Positions 27,546 to 37,955 of a stretch of DNA of 64,000 nt are shown in pieces; the stretch's first letter is position 1, and the number at the start of each line of letters is the position of its first letter. This DNA comes from an uncultured Planctomycetales bacterium (GTDB lineage: Bacteria; Omnitrophota; Gorgyraeia; Zapsychrales; JAHFFX01). The notes below the pieces were generated by a model, which was given only the letters and a program-made list of their open reading frames with translations, was not told the DNA's origin and searched no databases. Location: NCBI GenBank assembly GCA_964464475.1, contig CAYXGG010000001.1:87174-151173 (forward strand), written 5' to 3'. The translations under genes were made by a program, and so were the position numbers.

Positions 27546-28295
27546 TTGCAACCTTGGAATTTAAAACCGGAAGAGTGGTCAAAAATATTAGGCGACGAGA
27601 CAGCGCCGGCCCAAGCGGCTAAAGGTGTCCTGTCGGGTCAGCACCTTCCTTGGGTAAATAATTTAATTGAATTGGCTGCGGGTTCCGAATCCACTTTAGA
27701 TTTAGGCAGTGGCCGTGGAGAAAATTCAGCGATATTGGCCTGTCACGGCAAGAAGACCACGCTATTGGATTGGGCGCAGGATAATATTAGTTTTAGCCGA
27801 CAGCTTTATTCATTGATTGGCAAGACGGGTGAATTTGTTCAAGCAGACATGACCAAGCCCTTACCTTTTCCCGATAACTCGTTTGATCTGGTATTCAGCT
27901 GTGGCGTTTTTGAATATTTCAAAGATGATCAAATTTCGGCCATCTTAAAAGAAGCTTTTCGCGTCGCAAAGAAAAGGGTTGTCATCCTGATCCCTAACGC
28001 GTTGTCTATTCCTTATCGGGTTGGTATGGGTTATTTAAAATTAAGAAAACAATGGCATTGGGGTGGAGAAAAACCATTTGCTACCTTAAAACCTTTTTTT
28101 AGGAAGTGTGCGGCGAGGAATATTCAAGAATTTAGTGTAGGGACAAAACACTCATTAGCTTTTCTTTCTATGCGTGGGGGAGCGCTCGCGCAGAATTTCT
28201 TGATTAAGTCTTTAAAACTCACTGATCATTCTCGGCCTGCAAAGTTGCGCCAAGGATATTTGCTGATTACAGCAGGAGACAAAATTAATGAGTAA
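27546..28295 (+). CDS. Class I SAM-dependent methyltransferase
   Basis: Motif I LDLGSGRGENSAILA, then DLVFSCGVFEYF. TTG start. Confidence 0.6.
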   Translation: MQPWNLKPEEWSKILGDETAPAQAAKGVLSGQHLPWVNNLIELAAGSESTLDLGSGRGENSAILACHGKKTTLLDWAQDNISFSRQLYSLIGKTGEFVQADMTKPLPFPDNSFDLVFSCGVFEYFKDDQISAILKEAFRVAKKRVVILIPNALSIPYRVGMGYLKLRKQWHWGGEKPFATLKPFFRKCAARNIQEFSVGTKHSLAFLSMRGGALAQNFLIKSLKLTDHSRPAKLRQGYLLITAGDKINE

Positions 28296-29418
28296 AAAAA
28301 TAACATTATTAGTGGTTTTTGGAACGAGGCCGGAAGTTATTAAACTTGCCCCATTGGTCAAAGAGATCAGGAGATATCCGAGCCAATTTAATTGCTTGGT
28401 TTGTTTCACGGGTCAACACCGACAGATGGTGGAGCCACTCTTGAAGCTTTTCGGCATTAAAGTTGATGTGCATTTAAAGCTGATGAAAAAGAATCAGACC
28501 TTAGAGCATATCACCAACGTTGTTTTGAAAGAAATTGGGAATTGTATTAAGGAAAAGGGAGTTGATTGTGTGGTTGTTCAGGGCGATACCACGACTGCAA
28601 TGGCGGCCGCCTTGGCTGGATTTTATCAAAAAATTAAAGTCGCACATGTGGAAGCAGGATTGCGCACAGGTAATAAGTATCATCCTTTTCCGGAGGAGAT
28701 TAATCGTAAAATTATTGATTCCTTTGCAGATATGTATTTTGCGCATACTAAATTAGCTAAGGAAAATTTACTTGCAGAAGGTATCTCCGCAACGAAGATC
28801 GAAGTCACAGGCAATACAGTTATTGATACGCTATTGGAGACATCCAGTAAAGCATATAATTTTTCCAAAACACCTTTAATGACTGCAGTCTCAGATCCTA
28901 GAAAATTAATTTTAATGACTGCTCATCGCCGTGAAAATTTTGGGAATCCGATCAAAGATATCTGTGCAGCCGTTAAGCATTTGGCTTGTCGACATGAAAA
29001 GAACTTGAAATTTATTTATCCGGTTCATTTAAATCCTAATATTAAGAAGCCTGTTTATGAAATTCTCGGGAATATCCCGAATGTTTATTTGGTTGATCCT
29101 CTGGAGTATTTACCGATGGTTCATCTGATTAAACAATCGTATTTAGTCTTAACGGATTCTGGAGGCCTTCAAGAGGAGGCTCCAAGCTTGGGGAAGCCTG
29201 TTTTAGTTTTGCGAGAAACGACAGAGCGTCCGGAAGGGGTGACCGCAGGTTGCGTGGAGGTTGTTGGGACAAGAAAAGCCCAAATTATTGCTAAAGTTGA
29301 ATCGTTATTATCTAATAAACATAAGTACCTTAAGATGTCCCGATCCGTAAATCCATATGGTGATGGTCAGGCAAGTATGCGAATTGTTAAAAGGTTTAAA
29401 AGAGAGCTTGTTAAGTGA
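28288..29418 (+). CDS. wecB: UDP-N-acetylglucosamine 2-epimerase (non-hydrolysing)
   Basis: VVFGTRPEVIKLAPL...HVEAGLRT...DSGGLQEEAPSLGKPVLVLRETTERPEG. Confidence 0.85.
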   Translation: MSKKITLLVVFGTRPEVIKLAPLVKEIRRYPSQFNCLVCFTGQHRQMVEPLLKLFGIKVDVHLKLMKKNQTLEHITNVVLKEIGNCIKEKGVDCVVVQGDTTTAMAAALAGFYQKIKVAHVEAGLRTGNKYHPFPEEINRKIIDSFADMYFAHTKLAKENLLAEGISATKIEVTGNTVIDTLLETSSKAYNFSKTPLMTAVSDPRKLILMTAHRRENFGNPIKDICAAVKHLACRHEKNLKFIYPVHLNPNIKKPVYEILGNIPNVYLVDPLEYLPMVHLIKQSYLVLTDSGGLQEEAPSLGKPVLVLRETTERPEGVTAGCVEVVGTRKAQIIAKVESLLSNKHKYLKMSRSVNPYGDGQASMRIVKRFKRELVK

Positions 29419-29422
29419 TCAT

Positions 29423-32400
29423 ATGAATAGTTCCGCAGCTACTCCCCTACTAACGATTATTGTTCTGGTTAAGAATAATATTAGTATTTTGAATTCTATT
29501 CGCTCTCAATTAGCGTTTCTCCCCGATGGAAATTTTGAAATTTTAGTTTTGGGATTATATCGAGTCAATAATATTGTCCTTCCGGAAGAATTCAAAAATG
29601 ATTTTAGAATTCGTGTTCTTAATCCGAAGCAATTAGTCAAAAATTATGTTCATGCCCTGAATTACGCCCTAGCCGAAGTCAAGGGCGAGTATCTCACGTG
29701 GGTTAGGGATGATTATGATTTCGAGCCAGGAGCCATTAAGTTAATGCTCGAGTCCGTAATGGCTTCTGGAAAAAGTTTCGTTTATGCGAATTATCGACAG
29801 ATGGATCCTGGGCGCAATTATTCCATTCCCATGCGCTTAGGTAAGCGCCCCAGCGTTTATGAGTGGAATTTTATCGGGCATTGTTTTTTGTTAAAGACCC
29901 GACTTCTCCAAATGACCGGTGGTTTTAATTTAAAATTTGATTGTGCTGCCGAGTATCAATGGTGGCGAAAAATTTTTCATTCTTCCCAGGTGGGTTACTT
30001 GGATATTTTTTTGCTTACCTGTTTAAGGTTGAGGCACTGGGTCAGCTTGGAAGAGCGTTTTAAAATGCCCGTTTTAGGTACTCTGGTGGCGCTTAGTTTT
30101 CGGCCGTTGCGTTGGGCGAGGATGTTACGGGTATTTGAGTTCCTATCCGAAGAAATTGCCGCGGCCAACCTGGATGAAGGACGCGTAGTATTATTTATGA
30201 AGGAGTTGTTTCTTATTATTCGGCGATTCTCGTTATTGACGTGGGGGATTTGCAAATTTTTTTGGAAAATAATTCTATTTAAGAACTCGCGGACTAGAAA
30301 GAAGGAGGCTCTAGACATAGCGCTAAGAACTAATTTCATTATAGGTGAAGAGCAACGGAAGAAGATTTTGTGTATTGTCCCAGAAATTGTACTGGGCGGG
30401 TCTGAAAAAGTCTTGCGTGATATTGTGGAGGGATTGCAGGGTGATCAAGTCGATTTTTATCTTTTCTCCTCAGAAAAAGATGATAACGAGTGGTGTCGAA
30501 GTTTTAGGAAGCTATTTAAAGGAGAGGTATTGCTGCGAAAAGACGAGATGTTCTCGGAAAGACTATATCATCAGTTTCTTAAAGCTACGATACAGAAGAT
30601 TGACCCGGGTATTGTCTTATTTACAAATTCGGAGATCACGTATCGTTTGTTGCCGCAATTAAAGAAATTATTTAGCGAAATTCGATTTATGGATATCGTT
30701 CATATCGAAGATTTTGTCGCTTCAACGAAAGAGTACATTCCATTAGCTCCTTTTATCAAACGCAGAATATGTATTAGTCATAAATTACGAGAGCGCTTAA
30801 TTGAAAAATATCGCGAAGCCGATTTGCCCAGAGAATTGGAGCAGCGGTTGATCACGATTCACAACGGCAATGACATGGTTCTATTTTCGCGGGATAAAAA
30901 CTCTCGGACTGATGTTTTTCGAAGGCAACATAATATTCCTTTGGATGCCCAGGTGATTAGTTTTGTTGGTCGTCTATCTGAAGAGAAAAGGCCGGAATTG
31001 TTTGTTGATATTATGGCCAACCTTTGCCAGGTTATGGGAAATTTTCCGCTTGCGTTTATTATGGCCGGGGATGGCGATGAGGAGCAAAATGTAAGAGAGA
31101 AAATCAAAACAAAGGGATTAAACGATAAATTTTTCATGGTTGGTACTTTGAAGAAGCTTGAGGTTAAAAGTTTGCTGGCCGAATCAACGATGTTAATTTT
31201 GACATCTCGCGTGGAGGGAATCCCTTTAGTGATGGTGGAAGCTATGGCCATGCAGCTACCGGTTATTGTCCCTCGAGTAGGTGCTGTTGAGGAAGTGATC
31301 CAACATAAAGAGAACGGGTTTGTCGTGTCCTCCGATCCAGACGCGATGAATCAAGAGGTTGTTGAGATCGCGAAGAAATTATTAACGCAAGCCCACTGGC
31401 GAGAGGACATAGGTCATAAAGCTAGGATTTCGGTGCAACACGAGTTTTCATTAGAAAAGATGGTGGATCGATATCGTGATGAACTTTTAGGAGAGGCCTC
31501 AACTCGCCTGGGCCCCTTAGCTCAATTGAAAGAAGCGACAAATGTTATTGATTCACCAGAAATCAGCATAGTTTTGCCTACTTACAATGGATTGTCAAAA
31601 GGTTTGAAAAGGTCTATCGATAGTTGCTTGGCCCAAACGTTTACAAACTTTGAGTTGATTATCGTGGATGATTGTTCTGATGAAGAAATTTATGAGTTAG
31701 TTAGATCCTATGGTGACAACCGAGTGCGCTATCTAAGGAACTTTAGAAACTTGCGTCTACCACGTTCATTAAATGTAGGTTTCTCTTACGCGCGAGGAAA
31801 ATACCTAACTTGGACTTCAGACGATAACTTTTATGATCCGCAAGCTTTGAAAAAAATGTTGGATTATTTGCGGGAGACATCCGGAGAATTTGTGTACGCG
31901 GACTATTTTGAATTCCGCAATGAAAAACTCGATCAGGCCACGAGGATCTATCTAGCCGATCCAAGCAAACTTAAAGAAATAAATTGCGTTATGGGGTGCT
32001 TTCTTTACTCGCGGAAAGTGATGGATTTAGTGGGGGTGTATGACCCCGAAATGGAGATTATCGAAGATTATGACTATTGGACCCGCGTTGCGGAAAAGTT
32101 TACGCTACTTCATTTAAAAGAACCTTTGTATTATTATCAGTACCATGAAAAATCTTTAACAACTCAGAAAGAATTGGAGGCAAGAATCTCATTCTTTTTG
32201 TTTCGTACTAAGAATGGAGAATATAAGCCTAAAGACTGGATATGGATTTTCCGATATCTTGCTTTGGAGAAGAAAACCGGTATCACTAAGCGCGTATTGC
32301 TTCCTTTTGTTTATGTTGATTCAATTTATTCTCGAGGGCCCAAATTGGTTAGCGAAGTGAATGATTATATTGCGTCCAAAGGCGCATTTAAGAAAGTTGT

Positions 32401-32428
32401 TGCTCGTTTAAAAAATATTATGCAATGA
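29423..32428 (+). CDS. Triple-domain glycosyltransferase (GT2-like, then GT4, then GT2)
   Basis: N-terminal LLTIIVLVKNN is GT-A-like. The central EGIPLVMVEAMAMQLPVIVPRVGA is a GT4 EX7E. The C-terminal ISIVLPTYNG...ELIIVDDCSDE is GT2. Confidence 0.7.
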   Translation: MNSSAATPLLTIIVLVKNNISILNSIRSQLAFLPDGNFEILVLGLYRVNNIVLPEEFKNDFRIRVLNPKQLVKNYVHALNYALAEVKGEYLTWVRDDYDFEPGAIKLMLESVMASGKSFVYANYRQMDPGRNYSIPMRLGKRPSVYEWNFIGHCFLLKTRLLQMTGGFNLKFDCAAEYQWWRKIFHSSQVGYLDIFLLTCLRLRHWVSLEERFKMPVLGTLVALSFRPLRWARMLRVFEFLSEEIAAANLDEGRVVLFMKELFLIIRRFSLLTWGICKFFWKIILFKNSRTRKKEALDIALRTNFIIGEEQRKKILCIVPEIVLGGSEKVLRDIVEGLQGDQVDFYLFSSEKDDNEWCRSFRKLFKGEVLLRKDEMFSERLYHQFLKATIQKIDPGIVLFTNSEITYRLLPQLKKLFSEIRFMDIVHIEDFVASTKEYIPLAPFIKRRICISHKLRERLIEKYREADLPRELEQRLITIHNGNDMVLFSRDKNSRTDVFRRQHNIPLDAQVISFVGRLSEEKRPELFVDIMANLCQVMGNFPLAFIMAGDGDEEQNVREKIKTKGLNDKFFMVGTLKKLEVKSLLAESTMLILTSRVEGIPLVMVEAMAMQLPVIVPRVGAVEEVIQHKENGFVVSSDPDAMNQEVVEIAKKLLTQAHWREDIGHKARISVQHEFSLEKMVDRYRDELLGEASTRLGPLAQLKEATNVIDSPEISIVLPTYNGLSKGLKRSIDSCLAQTFTNFELIIVDDCSDEEIYELVRSYGDNRVRYLRNFRNLRLPRSLNVGFSYARGKYLTWTSDDNFYDPQALKKMLDYLRETSGEFVYADYFEFRNEKLDQATRIYLADPSKLKEINCVMGCFLYSRKVMDLVGVYDPEMEIIEDYDYWTRVAEKFTLLHLKEPLYYYQYHEKSLTTQKELEARISFFLFRTKNGEYKPKDWIWIFRYLALEKKTGITKRVLLPFVYVDSIYSRGPKLVSEVNDYIASKGAFKKVVARLKNIMQ

Positions 32429-32438
32429 GGTGTGGTCA

Positions 32439-33650
32439 ATGATAAGTGAAAGCAAAGGAAAGCATTTTGTTTTGTTGAGGAATTTCCCCCCAACGGCCGA
32501 CTGGGGAGGGACAGAGGTCGTTTTGTTAGATTGGTTGGCTCGAGTAGACTATACCAGGTGCCGCGTGACGGTATTGGTGCCGGAAGGCTCGGCTAAAATA
32601 TTTGTCAGTAAGTTGGGGGATAAAAATTTACCAGTCAATTTTGTCGAAAGTGATTTTGGCCGTTATGTCAGAGGACGCAAACAGTTCCAAAAGATGGCTG
32701 AGATACTTAAGGGCCTGAAGCCTAATGGGATTATTTTTGTCATGGGTTGGTATGAGGACTTTAACCTGATGCATGTTTTGGCGGCTACTTTTGTTTGCCC
32801 GGGACGTGTTTATATGCATGAAAATGTGGGACCGCTGCCTCGATACCCCGTGACCCCCAAGAAGTATTTTGGCTTGATCCCTTCTTTGAATTTATGGTGG
32901 CGGAAAATGCAATTTGCTGAGTACTCAAAAGCCTATCTCACGAGAAAAGTAATTACCGTTAGTGAAGACGTTAAGAAGATTTTTGTACGTACGTGGGCGT
33001 ACCCGAGCTTTAAGGTTCGGGTTTCCTACCATGGGATAGATACGCAAAAATACAAGCCGTCTATTGAAGTCAGGAATCGTTTGAGAGCTAATATGGGCGT
33101 GGCTCAAGAGGATATTATTATCGTGGCTACAGCGAGGTTATTCCATTTTAAGTGTTTAGATCGTCTCATTAATGCGTTTGATGAAGTTGCCAGTGATTTT
33201 CCAAAGGCGAAGTTGATGCTGGCGGGGATAGGGCCGTTAGAGCAAGAGCTGAAAGCATTAGCCCAGCAAAAGAAAAGTGCAGCCCGAATTAGCTTTCTGG
33301 GTTTTGTTCATAATGTTAAAGAATTATTACAAATGAGCGATATTTATGTCCTTTGTTCTGACAATGAAGGCTTGAGTCTTGCGTTAATGGAAGCAATGTC
33401 CAGCGGGTTGATTTGTGTTTCTACTAAATGTCCTGGATCCCCCGAGGCGATTTCAGATGGCAGGAGTGGGTTTTTAGTGGATAAGAGCACTCAGGGTGTT
33501 TGGGACGGATTAAAGAAAGTTCTGAGTCTATCTGACGAAAATCGACAGGAGATGTCCCGTTTGGCTAGAGAGACCGCCGCAGAAAAATTTGATGTTGAGA
33601 AAAATAGCCGGAGAGTGTTGGCCATATTTGGGGTCCCGTATCAAAGCTAA
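32439..33650 (+). CDS. Glycosyltransferase family 4 (PEP-CTERM-locus sugar transferase-like), tandem paralog A
   Basis: EGLSLALMEAMSSGLICVST. Its N-terminus parallels that of the next gene. Confidence 0.7.
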   Translation: MISESKGKHFVLLRNFPPTADWGGTEVVLLDWLARVDYTRCRVTVLVPEGSAKIFVSKLGDKNLPVNFVESDFGRYVRGRKQFQKMAEILKGLKPNGIIFVMGWYEDFNLMHVLAATFVCPGRVYMHENVGPLPRYPVTPKKYFGLIPSLNLWWRKMQFAEYSKAYLTRKVITVSEDVKKIFVRTWAYPSFKVRVSYHGIDTQKYKPSIEVRNRLRANMGVAQEDIIIVATARLFHFKCLDRLINAFDEVASDFPKAKLMLAGIGPLEQELKALAQQKKSAARISFLGFVHNVKELLQMSDIYVLCSDNEGLSLALMEAMSSGLICVSTKCPGSPEAISDGRSGFLVDKSTQGVWDGLKKVLSLSDENRQEMSRLARETAAEKFDVEKNSRRVLAIFGVPYQS

Positions 33651-33652
33651 TT

Positions 33653-34858
33653 ATGTCTCAGGCAGATCAGAAATTTCATTTTGTGCTTTTGCGCAGACCG
33701 CCGGAATTTCCGACCTGGGGTGGTTTAGAAAAATTAATGCTGGAATGGTTAGAGCGTGTTGACTATAACCATTGCCGAGTGACTTTGGTCATTTCTCCAG
33801 GATGGAAAGAATTTGTTACCGCAAAATTTGTTGAAAAGAAATTGCCGGTTAACGTTGAAGAATTTCCGTTTGTTTATAAAGGTAATCCTTGGAAGAAGTT
33901 TTTTTCTCTTTGGGCGTACTTGGGAAGATTAAGCCCCTCGGTTCTGGTTTATATGCAGGGGTCTTTTGTCTGTTTTAGCTTTGCTTATGTGTTGGCTGGT
34001 TACTTAAGAACCGGTGGAAAAATTTTTATGCATGAGAATTTGGTTCCCGCTCCGCCTTTGCCAAAACCAAGTAATCGGTATTTCGGTTTATGCTCGAGGT
34101 TGAACCTCTGGTGGTATAAGGAGAAATTTTTTTATCCATTAAGGGCGGTCATTTCTCAAAAAGTATTCACGGTAAGTCAAGAAATGCGCGATACCTTGTT
34201 ATCTCAATGGAATTACCCGGCAAACAAAGTGTTTGTGAGCTATCACGGGATTGATCGCGCTAAGTTTGCTCCGGATCCGATTGTTAGGGATAAGATGCGT
34301 CAAAAGCATCACTTGGACCAAAACACGCCCGTCATTATTTCTACTGCAAGGTTCTTTAAGGTTAAAGCATTGCCACGATTGTTGGAGGCTTTTGAATTAT
34401 TGAGTCGAGATAATTCGATGATTAGGCTTTTTCTTTTGGGTACAGGTCCGTTAGAAGACGACTTGAAAAAACAGGCCAATTCTTTGGCTTGTAAGGATCA
34501 GATTCTATTTTTGGGGCACCAGGACAACGTGGGTGATTATTTGAAAATGAGCGATATCTTTGTCTTGTCGAGTGATTTTGAGGGACTTAGCTTGGCTTTT
34601 CTGGAGGCAATGGCGTCCGGCTTGATTTGTGTGTCAACGGATTGTAATGGGGCCAAAGAGGTTATTCAAGATAAGATCAATGCTTTTATCGTTGAAAAAA
34701 GTGTTGAAGGCGTTCGACAAGGACTTAGTCAAGCGGTGAGTTTAACTCAACAACAAAGAGCAGCGATGTCACGTAATGCTATCGATTTTGTGGGGCGGAA
34801 TTTTGATGTCACGCAAAACGTGCCGAGGGTTTTGCAAGAGATGCGGGTGCCTTGTTAG
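33653..34858 (+). CDS. Glycosyltransferase family 4, tandem paralog B
   Basis: EGLSLAFLEAMASGLICVST; the N-terminal FVLLRRPPEFPTWGGLEK parallels paralog A. Confidence 0.7.
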   Translation: MSQADQKFHFVLLRRPPEFPTWGGLEKLMLEWLERVDYNHCRVTLVISPGWKEFVTAKFVEKKLPVNVEEFPFVYKGNPWKKFFSLWAYLGRLSPSVLVYMQGSFVCFSFAYVLAGYLRTGGKIFMHENLVPAPPLPKPSNRYFGLCSRLNLWWYKEKFFYPLRAVISQKVFTVSQEMRDTLLSQWNYPANKVFVSYHGIDRAKFAPDPIVRDKMRQKHHLDQNTPVIISTARFFKVKALPRLLEAFELLSRDNSMIRLFLLGTGPLEDDLKKQANSLACKDQILFLGHQDNVGDYLKMSDIFVLSSDFEGLSLAFLEAMASGLICVSTDCNGAKEVIQDKINAFIVEKSVEGVRQGLSQAVSLTQQQRAAMSRNAIDFVGRNFDVTQNVPRVLQEMRVPC

Positions 34859-34906
34859 GTATCCGCTGTTGTTTTAAAACTTAGAATGAAGTATACGTAA
34901 ATCAAT

Positions 34907-36100
34907 ATGAATATTTTCTTGGTTTGTCCGAACTTTCATCGACATCTGGGAGGGACGGAAACATTTGTCTATGAATATGCTAGAACTCTTGCGCTGAAAG
35001 GGCATAAGGTTTTCGTTGTTTGTGTTGATGAAGGAGATTTTCATAGACAATTTATTCCGGGTGTCGAGATGTGCAATATTTCATTGAAGTTAATGAAGGG
35101 GTTAGGTTGGTTCGAGAAATTTTTTCCAGTATCAGAGTTGATGCTATCGTTTTCTGCGTTTCAAGAAGTAAGAAAGAAAGAGAAGTTTGTTAAAGTTGAT
35201 GTTGTTGAGGTCATGGACTATTTTAGGTCCGGTATTTTCTTTGCATTAAACAAAAGATTCCCTTTAGTGTTGCGGATGCATGGATGGATGTTTAATTGGC
35301 AGGGGAAGAAGCTGACTGCGTTAGGCAACCTCAGTTTGTTTCAGTGGTGGCAGAAGATAATGGCTCAAAAGGTAATTTCATCCGCGGATGAAGTGATTTC
35401 TGTTTCACGCGATTTTGCGGAGTATGCTTCTTTGGCTTGGAGTTTTCAGGGGAAAGAAGTAACGGTTGTTCATAATGCCGTTAATCAATTAATTTATTCA
35501 CCTCTTCAAGGCATAAAGAAAGAAAAGTCCGTCCTCTTTGTGGGAAAGATTTCTAAAATTAAAGGCGTGGCTGTTTTAGCTAAAGCGATTCCAGAAATTC
35601 TGAAGGACTTCCCGGACGTTAAGTTTTATTTCGCAGGGCGAGATGTTTATTGGCCGGATGAACAGATGACAGGTCAGGAATTCTTAAAAAAAGTTGTTCC
35701 CAATCGAAATCTTGTTTTTCTTGGTGAATTGACTCAAGATAAATTGGTGCCGTACTATCAGAAAATGGAGGTCTGTGTTTTTCCTTCCATGTACGAGCCA
35801 TTTGGGTTGGTCGCTATTGAGGCTATGGCCTGTCAGTGTGCTATCGTGGCTTCTAATACGGGAGGCATAAAAGAGATCGTAGAATCTGATAAGGATGGGC
35901 TTCTGGTACCTCCTGATGAACCTGTTCTTTTGGCGAGGGCCTTGATTAAAATGTTGCAAGACGAGAATTTTCGAGCTAAGTGTGTCACCAGCGCTTTATC
36001 AAAAGTTTCTAGATGTTTTACGCTTGACCGATTGGTGGAGCAGTCACTAGTCGTCTATGAGCAGGCTATGAGGAAGAACGGTGGAGACAAAAGAGAATAA
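34907..36100 (+). CDS. Glycosyltransferase family 4
   Basis: EPFGLVAIEAMACQCAIVASNTGG. Confidence 0.7.
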   Translation: MNIFLVCPNFHRHLGGTETFVYEYARTLALKGHKVFVVCVDEGDFHRQFIPGVEMCNISLKLMKGLGWFEKFFPVSELMLSFSAFQEVRKKEKFVKVDVVEVMDYFRSGIFFALNKRFPLVLRMHGWMFNWQGKKLTALGNLSLFQWWQKIMAQKVISSADEVISVSRDFAEYASLAWSFQGKEVTVVHNAVNQLIYSPLQGIKKEKSVLFVGKISKIKGVAVLAKAIPEILKDFPDVKFYFAGRDVYWPDEQMTGQEFLKKVVPNRNLVFLGELTQDKLVPYYQKMEVCVFPSMYEPFGLVAIEAMACQCAIVASNTGGIKEIVESDKDGLLVPPDEPVLLARALIKMLQDENFRAKCVTSALSKVSRCFTLDRLVEQSLVVYEQAMRKNGGDKRE

Positions 36101-36101
36101 T

Positions 36102-37052
36102 ATGCCTAAAGTCAGCGTAATAGTCTCAGTTTATAATAAAGAGAACTACATCCAAGAAACGATTGATAGCGCACTGAACCAAACCTTTAAGGATTTTGAG
36201 GTTATCGCGGTTGACGACGGATCAACGGATAAATCTCGAGAAATTTTGGAGTCCTATGGGGACAAAATTATTCGTGTTTATCAAAGAAATGGATGTCCGC
36301 CAGCCACAATGAACGCAGGGGCCAAGGTCGCGAGGGGGAAATATCTTGCGATATTGGATGGGGATGATGTTTGGTTGCCACGGTTTTTAGAAAAGCAGGT
36401 AGCCGTTTTGGAGGCTCGCAATGATCTGGCTTTTGTTTGTTCAGCGGTAGACTTTATAGATCACAAGGGCGACTATTTAAGGTCTTCTGTCGCAGGGGCC
36501 AAACGAGAAAAAAGTTTTCTGAGTCTTTTGTCAGATAATTTTGTTTGGCATTCTTCGGTTTTGTTGCGTAAATCTTTTTTTGATGCGGCCGGAGGATATG
36601 ATACGCGTCTTTTTTCTCCTTATGATTTTGATCTTTGGCTGCGTTTAACAAAACAACATCCTTTTGAATATAATCCCGAGATATTAGTAAAATACCGCCA
36701 ACATGCGGGAGGAATAAGTAAGAAATTACAGGAAAATCTTGATGAGCATATCATCATCTATAACAAGCCGGAGATTGTTTCAGGGCTGAACTTGTTTCAA
36801 AAATCTAAGTTTAAATCTTTGGTCTACTATCGTTATGCAATGCTTTTTGCCAGAGCAAAGCAATATTTATCTGCGGCAAATTGTTATGGGAGCGCCATTG
36901 CTACTTGTCCACTTGTTGGGGTTTATTTTTACACGCACGAAACGCAAAGGATGCGTCATAGCTTACCTTATCGATTGCTTAAACCGTATTTTATGCCCTG
37001 TTATTATCTTTTAAAGTTATTAAATCAACGAATAAAGAAAATCAAGGAGTGA
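36102..37052 (+). CDS. Glycosyltransferase family 2
   Basis: MPKVSVIVSVYNKE...VIAVDDGSTD...DGDD. Start chosen by analogy with the two following GT2 genes. Confidence 0.7.
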   Translation: MPKVSVIVSVYNKENYIQETIDSALNQTFKDFEVIAVDDGSTDKSREILESYGDKIIRVYQRNGCPPATMNAGAKVARGKYLAILDGDDVWLPRFLEKQVAVLEARNDLAFVCSAVDFIDHKGDYLRSSVAGAKREKSFLSLLSDNFVWHSSVLLRKSFFDAAGGYDTRLFSPYDFDLWLRLTKQHPFEYNPEILVKYRQHAGGISKKLQENLDEHIIIYNKPEIVSGLNLFQKSKFKSLVYYRYAMLFARAKQYLSAANCYGSAIATCPLVGVYFYTHETQRMRHSLPYRLLKPYFMPCYYLLKLLNQRIKKIKE

Positions 37053-37055
37053 AAA

Positions 37056-37955
37056 TTGCCAAAGGTTAGTATTTTGATACCTTGTTATAATGTCGCAAAA
37101 TATTTGCCTGAATCCATGGATAGCGTTTTGCGTCAAACATTCCAAGATTACGAAGTAATTATTATTGATGATGGCTCAAGGGACAATATCGGTGAAATTG
37201 TGAAGCAATATATCGCCGATTATCCGCAAGTATGCATACGGTATTTGCATCAAGAGAATTCAGGGCTTTCGATGGCAAGAAATTTAGGCGTCAAACACGC
37301 TATGGGTGATTATTTGGCACTTTTAGATGCTGATGATAAGTGGACACCGGAACACCTAAGAAAGTCTGTGTCTGTTTTGGATGAATTTCCTGAAGTAGGT
37401 TTGGTCCACGCTAATATATCTCGATTCACTAGCTCTGGCCAAGATCTGGGTGTTCCGCAACGACGAGAAGAATTCCTGTCAGGAGAAATCTTTGAACATA
37501 TCTTCTTGAGGCGCGCGGATATTTCTTGCCCAACGGTAGTTTTTCGAAAAAGTTGTATTGAGTCGGTCGGGCCATTCGATGCAAACTTGGCAAGGTTAGG
37601 ATGCGAGGATAGAGAGCTTTGGTTAAGAATTGCTCAGAAATTCAAGTTTAAATATATTCCTGAGGTCTTGGCGTACTATCGTGTCAGTCCGGACAGTATG
37701 AGTCGAAATGTTGAGAAAATGTTTGCTGCCAGAATTTATGTAGTTAATAAATTTTTTCCGGAGAATTTTCATCACCCACTGCGTGATCAAGCTTTGGCTA
37801 AGATTCATAGAGATTTAGGGGATGAATTGCTCGTCGCTCAGCAGTATCCTGTGGCGAGGCAAGAGTACCGTAAGTCGTTAGCATATCGTCCTTTTCAGTT
37901 CTGGACTTGGCTTAACTTGCTGAAGACTTTATTGATAATAAAAAAACATGCCTAA
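37056..37955 (+). CDS. Glycosyltransferase family 2
   Basis: MPKVSILIPCYNV...VIIIDDGSRD...DADD. TTG start after ribosome-binding site AAGGAG. Confidence 0.7.
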   Translation: MPKVSILIPCYNVAKYLPESMDSVLRQTFQDYEVIIIDDGSRDNIGEIVKQYIADYPQVCIRYLHQENSGLSMARNLGVKHAMGDYLALLDADDKWTPEHLRKSVSVLDEFPEVGLVHANISRFTSSGQDLGVPQRREEFLSGEIFEHIFLRRADISCPTVVFRKSCIESVGPFDANLARLGCEDRELWLRIAQKFKFKYIPEVLAYYRVSPDSMSRNVEKMFAARIYVVNKFFPENFHHPLRDQALAKIHRDLGDELLVAQQYPVARQEYRKSLAYRPFQFWTWLNLLKTLLIIKKHA

